DNA of 64,000 nt from Lysobacterales bacterium (GTDB lineage Bacteria > Pseudomonadota > Gammaproteobacteria > Xanthomonadales > Rhodanobacteraceae), in NCBI GenBank assembly GCA_038236135.1, contig JBBSTF010000005.1, positions 19,227 to 83,226 on the forward strand, read 5' to 3'. The notes beneath the pieces are model-generated. The model was not told where the DNA came from, did no database searches, and saw nothing but the letters and a program-made list of their open reading frames with translations. Positions 38,515-47,880 of this stretch are shown one piece after another. A program made the position numbers and the translations under genes. Each line of letters starts with the position of its first letter. The first letter of the stretch is position 1.

Positions 38515-41385
38515 ATGGCCAAGAAGCCAACCACCCCCAAAACCATCGCCGCGCTCAACCATGCCGAGGCGAAGCGCAAGAACATTCCCACGGTGGAACA
38601 CCAGTCGGTGATGCAGAAGGCTGACCAGGCGCCGGTGAAGGTGGCGTATGCGCGTAGCGCGCAGGGGCTGGATGACGAGAAGCAGCAGCGCAATCGCGAC
38701 CTCGACCCGCAACTGGTCTGGCGCGGCAAGGACCAGCAGGACTGGTCTGACCTGGTTGTCAACGCGCCGCCGCTCTACATCCAGGAAAAGGTGAAGCCCA
38801 AGTTCCTGATCGACGACCTGCTTCGACAGTCGAAGAAGCACCCGTCTACGGGTTCGGCGAAAGAAGACGCGGCAGGCTACAACCAACCTGACATGTTCGG
38901 CGACTTCAACGGCCTGCCTGAAGGTGCCGACAAAACCGAGTTCTACCAGCACGAGGGCCACTGGCAGAACCGCATGATCCTGGGTGATTCACTACAGGTG
39001 ATGGCCAGCCTGGCCGAGCGCGAAGGCCTGCGCGGGCAGGTGCAATGCATTTACTTCGATCCGCCCTACGGCATCAAATTCAACTCCAACTTCCAGTGGT
39101 CCACCACCAGCCGTGACGTGAAGGACGGCAACGCCGACCACATCACCCGCGAGCCGGAACAGGTCAAGGCGTTCCGCGACACCTGGCGCGACGGCATCCA
39201 TTCCTACCTGACCTACCTGCGCGATCGCTTGACCGTGGCACGCGACCTGTTGACCGAGTCCGGCTCGATATTTGTGCAGATTGGCGATGAGAACGTGCAC
39301 CGGGTGCGGGCGGTTTTGGACGAGGTATTTGGTGATGCGAATTTTGCTGCACAAATTGCTTTCATTAAGACTGCTGCTGTCAATAGTCCTCAAGCTAGAA
39401 CGAATGTAATTGGCGATACCTTCGACTACGTTCTTTGGTATGCAAAAGACCTATCAAGGGCAAAATATCGGCAACCTCTTCGGTCAAAAGTGCTCGGGGG
39501 TAACAGCGAATACAAGAGGATTGAGCTTGCGAATGGTAGCCGGCGTCCTTTGTCGGCGAGGGAGGTGGGTGGCGGAGAGCAGGAGGCCGATTCTAACGTG
39601 CGCTTTTACCGGCAAGACAATATTGTCTCCACCGGATTTTCGGAATCGCTGTCGGTCCCATTTCAAGCTTTCGGAAATTCCTATCGCCCAAACGCTAGTT
39701 CTCATTGGAAGACGACGATTCGCGGCATGGAACGCTTACGTCGTGCCTCCCGCCTTGAACCGCGAGGCAAACAACTTTCGTACGTGCGATTTTTTCATGA
39801 TTTCGCTGTCACGCCGATCGGCAACTCTTGGGACGATGTGGTTCTTAGCAGTCGCGCCGAGGACAAAGTCTATGTAGTTCAGACCAGCTCGAAAGTCGTC
39901 CAGCGCTGTATTTTGATGGCCACCGATCCCGGCGATCTCGTGCTCGACCCGACCTGCGGCTCCGGCACTACCGCCTACGTGGCAGAACAATGGGGCCGCC
40001 GCTGGATCACCCTCGACACGTCACGCGTAGCACTCGCCTTGGCCCGCGCACGCATCATGGGCGCGCGCTATCCGTACTACCTGCTCGCCGACTCGGCTGA
40101 AGGCCAGCGCAAGGAAGCCGAAGTCACCCGCAGCGTTCCCTCGTCGAAGGCTACCTACGGCAACATCGCCCACGGGTTCGTCTACGAGCGTGTGCCGCAC
40201 ATTACGCTGAAGTCGATCGCCAACAACACCGAGATCGACGTGATTTGGGACAAGTTCCAGCAGACGCTGGAGCCGTTGCGCGAGCAGATGAATAGTGCAC
40301 TCGGCAAGACGTGGGAAGAGTGGGAAATTCCCCGAGAGGCCGATGCCAAGTGGCCGGGGGAAGCTACTCGACTGCACGCCGACTGGTGGCAGCAGCGCAT
40401 CGCGCGGCAGAAAGAAATCGACGCTTCCATCGCCGCCAAAGCCGATTCCGAATACCTCTACGACAAACCCTACGACGACAAAAAGAAGGTTCGCGTCGCC
40501 GGCCCGTTCACGGTTGAAAGCCTTTCGCCGCATCGCGTGCTGGGCGTCGACGAGAACGACGAACTGATCGATGGGGTGGGCGAAGACAAGGCCGGCTATT
40601 CCGACGAACGCGATTTCGTGCAGATGATCCTGGCCACGCTGAAGGTGTCGGGCGTACAGCAGGCGCACAAGGAAGACCGCATCGAGTTCACCGCGCTCAC
40701 ACCGTGGCCGGGCGATCTGGTCTGCGCCGAAGGGCGATATCTCGAAGGCGACAAGGAACGCCACGCCGCTATCTTCATCGGCCCCGAGTTCGGCACTGTC
40801 TCCCGCGTCGACCTGGTAGCCGCCGCGCGCGAGGCCGGCGATGCCGACTTCGACGTGCTGATCACCTGCGCCTTCAACTACGACGCCATGTCATCTGAGT
40901 TCGACAAGCTCGGCCGCATCCCGGTGCTTAAGTCGCGCATGAACGCCGACCTGCACATGGCCGAAGACTTGAAGAACACCGGCAAGGGCAACCTGTTCGT
41001 GATCTTCGGGGAACCCGACATTGACATCCTCGACGCCGGCCCCGACGGCTACAGCGGGCAGGTTCGCGTGAAGGTCAACGGCGTCGACGTGTTCCACCCC
41101 AACACCGGCGAAGTACGCAGCGACGGTGCCGACGGGATCGCCTGCTGGTTCATCGACACTGACTACAACGAAGAATCGTTCTTCGTCCGCCACGCCTACT
41201 TCCTCGGCGCCAACGACCCGTACAAGGCACTCAAGACCACCCTGAAGGCCGAGATCAACGAAGAAGCCTGGGCCACCCTAAACAGCGACACCTCCCGCCC
41301 CTTCGACAAACCCACCAGCGGCCGCATCGCCGTCAAGGTGATCAACCACCTCGGCGACGAGGTGATGAAGGTGTTCCGCATTTAG
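38515..41385 (+). CDS. Type III R-M modification methyltransferase Mod
   Basis: YFDPPYG, VLDPTCGSGTT (beta-class order); lower-GC target-recognition segment at ~39330-39900. Confidence 0.93.
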   Translation: MAKKPTTPKTIAALNHAEAKRKNIPTVEHQSVMQKADQAPVKVAYARSAQGLDDEKQQRNRDLDPQLVWRGKDQQDWSDLVVNAPPLYIQEKVKPKFLIDDLLRQSKKHPSTGSAKEDAAGYNQPDMFGDFNGLPEGADKTEFYQHEGHWQNRMILGDSLQVMASLAEREGLRGQVQCIYFDPPYGIKFNSNFQWSTTSRDVKDGNADHITREPEQVKAFRDTWRDGIHSYLTYLRDRLTVARDLLTESGSIFVQIGDENVHRVRAVLDEVFGDANFAAQIAFIKTAAVNSPQARTNVIGDTFDYVLWYAKDLSRAKYRQPLRSKVLGGNSEYKRIELANGSRRPLSAREVGGGEQEADSNVRFYRQDNIVSTGFSESLSVPFQAFGNSYRPNASSHWKTTIRGMERLRRASRLEPRGKQLSYVRFFHDFAVTPIGNSWDDVVLSSRAEDKVYVVQTSSKVVQRCILMATDPGDLVLDPTCGSGTTAYVAEQWGRRWITLDTSRVALALARARIMGARYPYYLLADSAEGQRKEAEVTRSVPSSKATYGNIAHGFVYERVPHITLKSIANNTEIDVIWDKFQQTLEPLREQMNSALGKTWEEWEIPREADAKWPGEATRLHADWWQQRIARQKEIDASIAAKADSEYLYDKPYDDKKKVRVAGPFTVESLSPHRVLGVDENDELIDGVGEDKAGYSDERDFVQMILATLKVSGVQQAHKEDRIEFTALTPWPGDLVCAEGRYLEGDKERHAAIFIGPEFGTVSRVDLVAAAREAGDADFDVLITCAFNYDAMSSEFDKLGRIPVLKSRMNADLHMAEDLKNTGKGNLFVIFGEPDIDILDAGPDGYSGQVRVKVNGVDVFHPNTGEVRSDGADGIACWFIDTDYNEESFFVRHAYFLGANDPYKALKTTLKAEINEEAWATLNSDTSRPFDKPTSGRIAVKVINHLGDEVMKVFRI
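41341..41378 (+). repeat. mod 3'-end segment, copy 1
   Basis: ATCAACCACCTCGGCGACGAGGTGATGAAGGTGTTCCG; 37/38 identical to 46548-46585. Confidence 0.95.
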
Positions 41386-41405
41386 CTCACTGAAGGTTCT
41401 CTGAA

Positions 41406-43196
41406 ATGAAGATCACCCCAACCTCGCTTACGCTCAACCAGTTGTTTGGTTCATCGAACGAACAGTATGTGATCCCGTCGTACCAGCGACGCTATTCTTG
41501 GAGAGAGCGTCAGGTTTATGAGTTGCTGGACGACATCGACCTACTCGAAGGCTCGGATACCCACCTACTGGGAAACATCGTTTGTCTAACAGGAAGTCAC
41601 GCTGCAGGACTGAACAAGCTTGACCTCGTCGATGGTCAGCAGCGTCTTACCACGATATCTATTCTGTTCGAATGCATCCGCCAGCATCTAATGGAACAAG
41701 AGAACACTGAACTTGCCTCCGACCTTGGTCGATTGCTGCACGCAAAAACTATTGATGGAAAAGAGCTGCCTAAGGTTTTGTTAGATTCGATTGATTCAAA
41801 AGAATTTGCGCGTTTGGTGAAAGCCGACGATCAAGGGGATTTTGTCAACGAGAATCTATTTAACGCATTTACAATAGTACGCGATTGGATAAGTGAGCAA
41901 GAGCTGAAAGATTTAATAGAGTTCCTCTACCGACTTCAGAATCAGGCGTTGCTAATTCGTCTTGACGTAAGTGATGCGAAGGACGCGTTCAAATTGTTTG
42001 AGACAATCAACAATCGTGGTCTGCGGTTGAGTCCCAGCGATATAATAAAGAACTTTTTACTCGGAAATGCTGCTAGATTCGGTGAGGATTCGCTGAAAGA
42101 CGCGTGTGACGCTTGGGCGAAACTGGTGCTGCACCTTGATAGAACTAGCTCGGACAACTTTTTTAGACATTTTCTTACTGCGCGCACTCAACGGCGTGTA
42201 ACCGCAGCGAAAGTCGTGCCAATCTTCAAGGCGCTTTTCATGCGTGAGGTGCGCGAAGCCGTCGACCTTCCGGATAGACATTACTATTTTGACGAAGACG
42301 ATGTCGATACCGACAACGATGAGAACGATGGCGAGACTTCTCTCGATCGAGAGTCAAGTGAAGAAGAGAAGTCTGAACACCCCCAGTTAAGCTTCAAGTC
42401 ATTTCTGAAAAAGCTTGTCGAGAGCGCGAAAATCTATGGACGGCTACTCCTGGCCAGCACTGGAAATAAGTCCGCAGACAGACATTTGCGAAACCTGCAT
42501 ATGATCAAGGCAGCTCAAACCTTTGGCTATTTGATGCATTTAAAGGTCGGAGGGTGTGACGAAAAGCACTTCCTTACCATTTTGAAGTTGACCGAAGCGT
42601 TCGTACTCCGGCGTCATATTTGCCGCGAGCGCAGCAACGACACAGAGACGTTGTTCGCGAGACTCTGTGCCGTCAATCCGAAGAATCCAGTTCCCGATAC
42701 AAGAGTCGCTTACCGGGCATCTTGTCCTTCAGATGAAAAATTCCGCGAAGAATTCGCAAATGTCATGTTTACCTCAAATATTATTGATCGCGCGCGGTAC
42801 TGTTTGGAATCGATCGAGATAGCGAAGCATGGTAAATATGTTGAACTCCAGGTTCTCGGCACAGATCTAGTACATGTCGAACACATTATTCCTAAGAAGA
42901 TTAAGACGATAAAGGCGAAGGAGGAGTTCGGGGATTGGGTGACCTATTTAGGAGAGAAATCTATCCTCCATCATCCAAAATATTTGTCACGCATAGGGAA
43001 CTTGACGCTATTCTCTGGAAAGCTAAATATTAGTGCTTCAAATAATCCTTTTAGCGGAAAGCGACCAGCCTATCGAGAGTCATCAATATTGATGACGCAG
43101 GAGATAGGGAAAATGCAGAATTTCCGTTTCAAGCAAGTCGAACAAAGATCCAAAGACCTTGCTGATTCGGCGGTAGAGCTATGGCCAGTGCCTTGA
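41406..43196 (+). CDS. DUF262 + DUF1524 protein (GmrSD-type modification-dependent restriction)
   Basis: IPSYQRRYSW, VDGQQRLTT, FETINNRGLRL; C-terminal VEHIIP..IGNLTL..N. Visibly AT-rich. Confidence 0.9.
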   Translation: MKITPTSLTLNQLFGSSNEQYVIPSYQRRYSWRERQVYELLDDIDLLEGSDTHLLGNIVCLTGSHAAGLNKLDLVDGQQRLTTISILFECIRQHLMEQENTELASDLGRLLHAKTIDGKELPKVLLDSIDSKEFARLVKADDQGDFVNENLFNAFTIVRDWISEQELKDLIEFLYRLQNQALLIRLDVSDAKDAFKLFETINNRGLRLSPSDIIKNFLLGNAARFGEDSLKDACDAWAKLVLHLDRTSSDNFFRHFLTARTQRRVTAAKVVPIFKALFMREVREAVDLPDRHYYFDEDDVDTDNDENDGETSLDRESSEEEKSEHPQLSFKSFLKKLVESAKIYGRLLLASTGNKSADRHLRNLHMIKAAQTFGYLMHLKVGGCDEKHFLTILKLTEAFVLRRHICRERSNDTETLFARLCAVNPKNPVPDTRVAYRASCPSDEKFREEFANVMFTSNIIDRARYCLESIEIAKHGKYVELQVLGTDLVHVEHIIPKKIKTIKAKEEFGDWVTYLGEKSILHHPKYLSRIGNLTLFSGKLNISASNNPFSGKRPAYRESSILMTQEIGKMQNFRFKQVEQRSKDLADSAVELWPVP

Positions 43197-43243
43197 CGGT
43201 CGATGTCGCTGATCGGCGATGAGGTGATGATGATGTCTGAGAA

Positions 43244-44368
43244 GTGCAAAATTCCGTGAACAACTTGCTCGCCGCGATAGTGGCAGACTGGAGTCTGGTT
43301 GCCTGGTTCGTTGGCCTTGCGTCGACCATCGCGGTCTTGGTGATGGCGTACAGGGAGCGTCGACCGCGTCAGAGATTGAAAGCGCCGCTCGTGCTTCCTG
43401 CGCCGACAACCAAGCCTTCGGCAATGAAGCCCGTAGCAAAGCCGGTGGAAATGCTCGAACGCAAGTACATCGCGGCGGAATATGAGCGGCGGAAGCGGTC
43501 GTACGAAGTGAACCTCCAGCGTGTTCAAGATCGGATTTTCCAACTAGATGCACGACGGCTGGAGACAGCGCTTCCCGAGGATGTACTGGCTTCGGCCTCA
43601 CCCCAAGAGCTGGAAAGCTTGGCCGTAGTTCTGGGCTTGGCCTCCACGGCTTCGGCGGCTGAGGTTGTACGTTCACTGCGGGCGGCCGGCAGTAACGACA
43701 CCGCGGTCCAGATACGAAAGATGAAAGGGGATGAACCCTTCGTTTCCTATCGAGAAGTCGTGTCGGATGCAGCGAAGAAGACCAAAGCCAAAATTGCTTC
43801 CACCGATAACACGGCGGCGGAGCGAGAACGGGCGATCGTCGTGGCGGTGTTCAATACGATGCTCGACAAGGCAACGCCTGAGCAACGTGCCGCCCTGATC
43901 CGAGAACTTAGCAAGCGCGAACACAAGCTGGCACAAGGGGTTGGCGTGGCAGCGAGCGGCTTGGTGATAGCCAATCTGTCGGGTTTTGGGTTGTATGTGG
44001 CCGCATCCAGCGCTCTCGCGGCACTCACCGGGGCGTTGGGTATCACTTTGCCGTTCGCCGCCTACACCGGCTTGAGCTCAGTCATCGCGACCGTGATCGG
44101 GCCTGTTGGCTGGGTAGTGCTCATCATCGGCGGGGTAGCCATGATCGGCGGGGTCAACTACAAAAAAACAGTCCCGGCCGTTTTGGCCATCGCTGCGGTT
44201 CGCGCGCGCCTCATCGCCGAGCGCGACCATGAAATCGGCGAACTTGTCGCCGAACAGAAGGGTCACCTGACCGATGTAGCGGCCCATTTGCAGGCGCTAC
44301 GCGCGCTTCTCGATCGCATGGCTGCGGGCGGAATCGACAAGGTGCCAAAGGGCGACGTACCGCTCTAG
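43244..44368 (+). CDS. Membrane-anchored YaaW/UPF0174-like protein
   Basis: N-terminal TM segment, coiled coil, then SYREVV.DAAKK.K..., Gly/Ala-rich hairpin, GPVGW, NYKKTVPAVLAIA..R. Confidence 0.65.
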   Translation: MQNSVNNLLAAIVADWSLVAWFVGLASTIAVLVMAYRERRPRQRLKAPLVLPAPTTKPSAMKPVAKPVEMLERKYIAAEYERRKRSYEVNLQRVQDRIFQLDARRLETALPEDVLASASPQELESLAVVLGLASTASAAEVVRSLRAAGSNDTAVQIRKMKGDEPFVSYREVVSDAAKKTKAKIASTDNTAAERERAIVVAVFNTMLDKATPEQRAALIRELSKREHKLAQGVGVAASGLVIANLSGFGLYVAASSALAALTGALGITLPFAAYTGLSSVIATVIGPVGWVVLIIGGVAMIGGVNYKKTVPAVLAIAAVRARLIAERDHEIGELVAEQKGHLTDVAAHLQALRALLDRMAAGGIDKVPKGDVPL

Positions 44369-44390
44369 CTTCAAGCTTCAGGGGAATGAC

Positions 44391-45092
44391 GTGGAGGAAA
44401 AAACGATCATTTGTTTGGCGAAGTCACGCAAGCACCGTGGATCGTGCGTCGCGGGTCGACAACTTGAGGACGGCGGAATCGGCGGCTGGGTAAGGCCGGT
44501 CAGTCCATCCCGTGGTGAGGGGTTGAGACCTGGGCAGATGACCTGTAGTGATGGTTCTGAAGTCGAGCTGTTGGACATCGTCAGCATTCCCCTACTACGT
44601 GCAGTGCCGGCTGGCTATCAGAGCGAAAATTACCTTGTGGACGTGGGGGCCCGGTGGAATCGAGTGGGACGGGCGCCTTGGACGATGCTGCTTGAAGCTG
44701 CCGACGTTTATGACGACGCGTTCTGGCATGACTATGGGAACACCTTTCATGGTGTGCGGGACCGCGTACCGGAATCCGAAACCGCTACCCTCAAACGGTC
44801 ACTGCAAATGATTTCTGTCCCGCGCTTGCGGATCGTGGTGAGTTCAGAACGGCAGTACATGTCCCTGATTCCAAGGCGGAAGATCCGCGCAGAATTCATC
44901 TATGAAGGCGCACGTTTTCGATTGGCGGTTACGGACCCTGTCGTTGAAAAGAAATGCCTTTCGCAAAAAGACAGACACTACCAAGTTGAGACGGCAATGC
45001 TTTGCGTTAGCGTGGGCGAACCGTTCAAAGGCGCCGCGTATCGGCTGGTCGCCGCGGTGATTACGCCCCGTCGGTGTGAGGTGCGGACGTGA
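44391..45092 (+). CDS. Dual-OB-fold-like protein
   Basis: IICLAKSRKHRGSCVAG..GWVRPV..LLDIV.IP..QSENY; RKIRAEF.Y....LAVTDP; CVSVGEPF..YRLVAAVI. Confidence 0.7.
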   Translation: MEEKTIICLAKSRKHRGSCVAGRQLEDGGIGGWVRPVSPSRGEGLRPGQMTCSDGSEVELLDIVSIPLLRAVPAGYQSENYLVDVGARWNRVGRAPWTMLLEAADVYDDAFWHDYGNTFHGVRDRVPESETATLKRSLQMISVPRLRIVVSSERQYMSLIPRRKIRAEFIYEGARFRLAVTDPVVEKKCLSQKDRHYQVETAMLCVSVGEPFKGAAYRLVAAVITPRRCEVRT

Positions 45093-45715
45093 GCGTGCAG
45101 ATTTTCAGTGTTGGACATTCGAACTACAACGTCGAGACGTTCATTTCGATCCTTAAGGCCAACAAGATTACGGCAATTGCCGATGTCCGTTCAGCACCGT
45201 TCAGTCGGTTCAATCCTCAGTTCAACAAACACGAGATCAAGAAGTCCCTTGCGTCCAACGGGATTCGATACGTGTTCCTTGGCGCGGAGCTTGGCGCGAG
45301 GAGCAGCGATCCATCTTGCTACGTCGATGGAAAGGTGCAGTACGACCGCCTAGCCAAGACCCTGGAGTTCGCTGCCGGCATCGCGCGCGTGATGGATGGC
45401 GCGAAGACCCACCGCGTCGCACTCATGTGTGCGGAAAAAGAGCCGCTGGATTGCCACCGTACGATCTTGGTCGCTCGTGAGCTTGTTGATAGAGGAGTTG
45501 AGGTGGGGCACATACTCGCTGACGCGAGTGTAGAGCCGCATGAGCAAACGATAGCGCGGCTGTTGGACATGTTGGGCATGTCTGCGCACGACATGTTTCG
45601 CACGCCCGAACAAATTGTGGATGATGCTTACAGGCAACAAGGCATCCGTATCGCGTATCAGGAAAGCACTACCGGTGCGACTGCGGGTGACGGCGAAACT
45701 GGAGAGGTCGAATGA
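45089..45715 (+). CDS. DUF488 family protein A
   Basis: IFSVGHSN, ADVRSAPFSR, LGAELGAR, ALMCAEKEPLDCHR; GTGA overlap. Confidence 0.9.
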   Translation: MSVQIFSVGHSNYNVETFISILKANKITAIADVRSAPFSRFNPQFNKHEIKKSLASNGIRYVFLGAELGARSSDPSCYVDGKVQYDRLAKTLEFAAGIARVMDGAKTHRVALMCAEKEPLDCHRTILVARELVDRGVEVGHILADASVEPHEQTIARLLDMLGMSAHDMFRTPEQIVDDAYRQQGIRIAYQESTTGATAGDGETGEVE

Positions 45716-46143
45716 AGCTGTTCACCATAGGCTTCACCAAATCGTCGGCGGAGAACTTCTTTCGAAGGATCAAATCTTCGGGCGCAACCAAGATTGTCGA
45801 TGTCCGGTTGAACAACGTGTCCCAACTGGCGGGCTTCGCCAAACGGGACGATTTGAAATACTTTGCCCGCGAGCTGTGTGGCGCGGACTACCAGCACATC
45901 CCGGACCTCGCGCCGACAAAGCCGATGCTGGATGCCTACAAGATGAAGCAATGCGATTGGTCCAGCTACGAAAAGCAATTTCTAGGACTTATGGCCCAGC
46001 GGCACATTGAGCGCATGGAGCGCCCCCTCGTGGATGGCGCATGCCTTTTGTGCAGCGAGGACAAGCCGCATCATTGCCACAGACGGCTCGTTGCCGAGTA
46101 TCTTCAAGAGCATTGGGGTGATGTCGAGATTGTTCACCTCTAG
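45712..46143 (+). CDS. DUF488 family protein B
   Basis: LFTIGFTK, VDVRLNNVSQLAGFAK, LAPT, CLLCSEDKPHHCHRRLVAEYL; ATGA overlap. Confidence 0.9.
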   Translation: MKLFTIGFTKSSAENFFRRIKSSGATKIVDVRLNNVSQLAGFAKRDDLKYFARELCGADYQHIPDLAPTKPMLDAYKMKQCDWSSYEKQFLGLMAQRHIERMERPLVDGACLLCSEDKPHHCHRRLVAEYLQEHWGDVEIVHL

Positions 46144-46200
46144 TGTTGATGACGGTGACTGACATACTTGGTGAAATCGAACCTACGGGGGAAGACACGC

Positions 46201-46365
46201 ATGGCTAAGGTGATAGGACTTGTTGTGGCACTCGCTGTGTTTGGGATATGGATGAGTATCGTCGGCAATCCACATGTTGTTGAGACAGTGATTGGGCTCG
46301 TCCTGGCCATCATTGCTGGCGTGTGGGCGTATCGGGTCTGTCGTCGACTCGGTTCACGCCGTTGA
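46201..46365 (+). CDS. Small two-TM membrane protein (54 aa)
   Basis: MAKVIGLVVALAVFGIWMSIVGNPHVVETVIGLVLAIIAGVWAYRVCRRLGSRR; GGGGGAAG RBS. Confidence 0.55.
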   Translation: MAKVIGLVVALAVFGIWMSIVGNPHVVETVIGLVLAIIAGVWAYRVCRRLGSRR

Positions 46366-46424
46366 GAAGTCGCTGGTGAGGTTTCCCGGATCGTATTGAT
46401 TCTGAACGAGCTGGCAGGTAGAGC

Positions 46425-46514
46425 GTGGAGTTTGGCTTCGCCGAGACGTACACGGACACGCTTGCCCGGCTGGCGCGCGACGAGCAGGAGTTGGCAGAGA
46501 CGGCCACGTCGTAA
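46425..46514 (+). pseudogene. 5' remnant of a second RelE-like/UvrD helicase gene
   Basis: VEFGFAETYTDTLARLARDEQELAETATS* aligns without gaps to MEFRIADTFTDSLVRLTGDEQKSVKTTAF (48286): 13/29 identical by my count. Confidence 0.75.
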
Positions 46515-46544
46515 CAGCACAGCAGGGGCTCGTTTGGAGTTGAA

Positions 46545-46592
46545 GTCATCAACCACCTCGGCAACGAGGTGATGAAGGTGTTCCGAGTTTGA
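46545..46592 (+). pseudogene. 3' remnant of a second mod gene
   Basis: Encodes VINHLGNEVMKVFRV* versus VINHLGDEVMKVFRI* of mod. Its TGA overlaps the ATG of the next gene (TGATG). Confidence 0.9.
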
Positions 46593-47365
46593 TGTCTAAT
46601 GGCGCTATGAACGACACGTCGCTGAAACTTCTGCACCCGCCGATAGTCGAAGCCGTTCTGGATATCGACTGCATCATGCGTTCGGATTTCGAGTTGGGCG
46701 CGGCTGAAACTGCTGCTCGGGACGCGTACCGCGATGGTTACCCTGTGTTTCAATCCCGCCGTTTGACGGAACACGTGTTTGAGCAACCGCAAGGCGCGGA
46801 CGCCAAATTCTCCATCAGAGAAGGTCTTCAGGCCTACCAGTTCGTCGCGCAAGACACGAAGCAGTTGGTGCAAGTTCGTACGCAGGGCTACTCGTTCAAC
46901 CGACTTGCGCCGTACGAAGGTTTGGATAGTTATCTACCTGAGATCAAGCGTACGTGGCTTCTGTTTGTCGACGTCACCAAACCTCTGCAAGTCCGGGCTT
47001 TGCGGCTTCGGTTCATCAACAGGATTCTTTTGCCAGCGGAAGATGGACAGGTCAAACTCGAAACCTATCTCAAGATCGGGCCACGTTTGCCGGATGAGGA
47101 CCGCATGGGCTTGGAGGGCTTCATGGCAAGGAACGCAGCTTTCGACAAGGAGACGGGCGTGAGAGTTGTCACACTCATGGCATCGCAGCCTGTGGAAAAT
47201 GATCAGCTTCCGGTAATCTTGGATATCGAGGTCACAGATGACAGCATTGTCGCGCCCGACAACTGGGAGGTTATTGCCAAGCGTGTCGAAGTGCTGAGAG
47301 AACTGAAGAATCGCGTTTTCAAAGGAACGTTGGAGGAAGAATGTCTAGCCATGTTTCAGTCATGA
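46592..47365 (+). CDS. TIGR04255-family protein
   Basis: LHPPIVEAVLDI, LVQVRTQGYSFNRL.PY, LRLRFINRI, VILDIEV, LRELKNRVF. Confidence 0.8.
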   Translation: MSNGAMNDTSLKLLHPPIVEAVLDIDCIMRSDFELGAAETAARDAYRDGYPVFQSRRLTEHVFEQPQGADAKFSIREGLQAYQFVAQDTKQLVQVRTQGYSFNRLAPYEGLDSYLPEIKRTWLLFVDVTKPLQVRALRLRFINRILLPAEDGQVKLETYLKIGPRLPDEDRMGLEGFMARNAAFDKETGVRVVTLMASQPVENDQLPVILDIEVTDDSIVAPDNWEVIAKRVEVLRELKNRVFKGTLEEECLAMFQS

Positions 47366-47880
47366 CGCTTGCGATTGGATGTGCGACAGCAGCCGTTGGC
47401 AATTGGGCGGACAGTGGCATTTCTTCAGAGGCAGTGTTTCTGCGGGAATCCATGCAGAAGGTCGCACGGAGCACAGAACTATCGCAAGCGTTGTTTGGCC
47501 TCAAGGCGAGCGTAATTGAGCGCATCCATGCGCTGCGCGATGACTGCAACGAGCAGGGTTGGGACGGCTATGAAGCGTTGCCGATGTCCAAAGATGCGGT
47601 ATGTCGTGCCGAAGCATTCATGCGTGCGTTGCCGACGAATCTACCAATGCCCGAGTTGACTGCCGAGACCGATGGTTCGATCGCATTGGAATGGGGCACG
47701 TCGCCGGTTCGGTCGCTTTCATTGAGCATCGGGACGAGCGATCGCCTCCCATACGCGTGGATCGATGGTGTGGAACGCGGACACGCCGTCGCCGGATTTG
47801 ACGGCGCAGTGATCTCGCCTCAGTTGCTTGGGATGATCAAGGGAGTCGCCGAACGTGGCGCTACCGTCAGGGCTGGCTGA
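47362..47880 (+). CDS. Hypothetical protein, partner of TIGR04255
   Basis: GWDGYEALP..A..F..ALP..P...ETDGSIALEW; ATGA overlap with the upstream gene. Confidence 0.75.
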   Translation: MTLAIGCATAAVGNWADSGISSEAVFLRESMQKVARSTELSQALFGLKASVIERIHALRDDCNEQGWDGYEALPMSKDAVCRAEAFMRALPTNLPMPELTAETDGSIALEWGTSPVRSLSLSIGTSDRLPYAWIDGVERGHAVAGFDGAVISPQLLGMIKGVAERGATVRAG

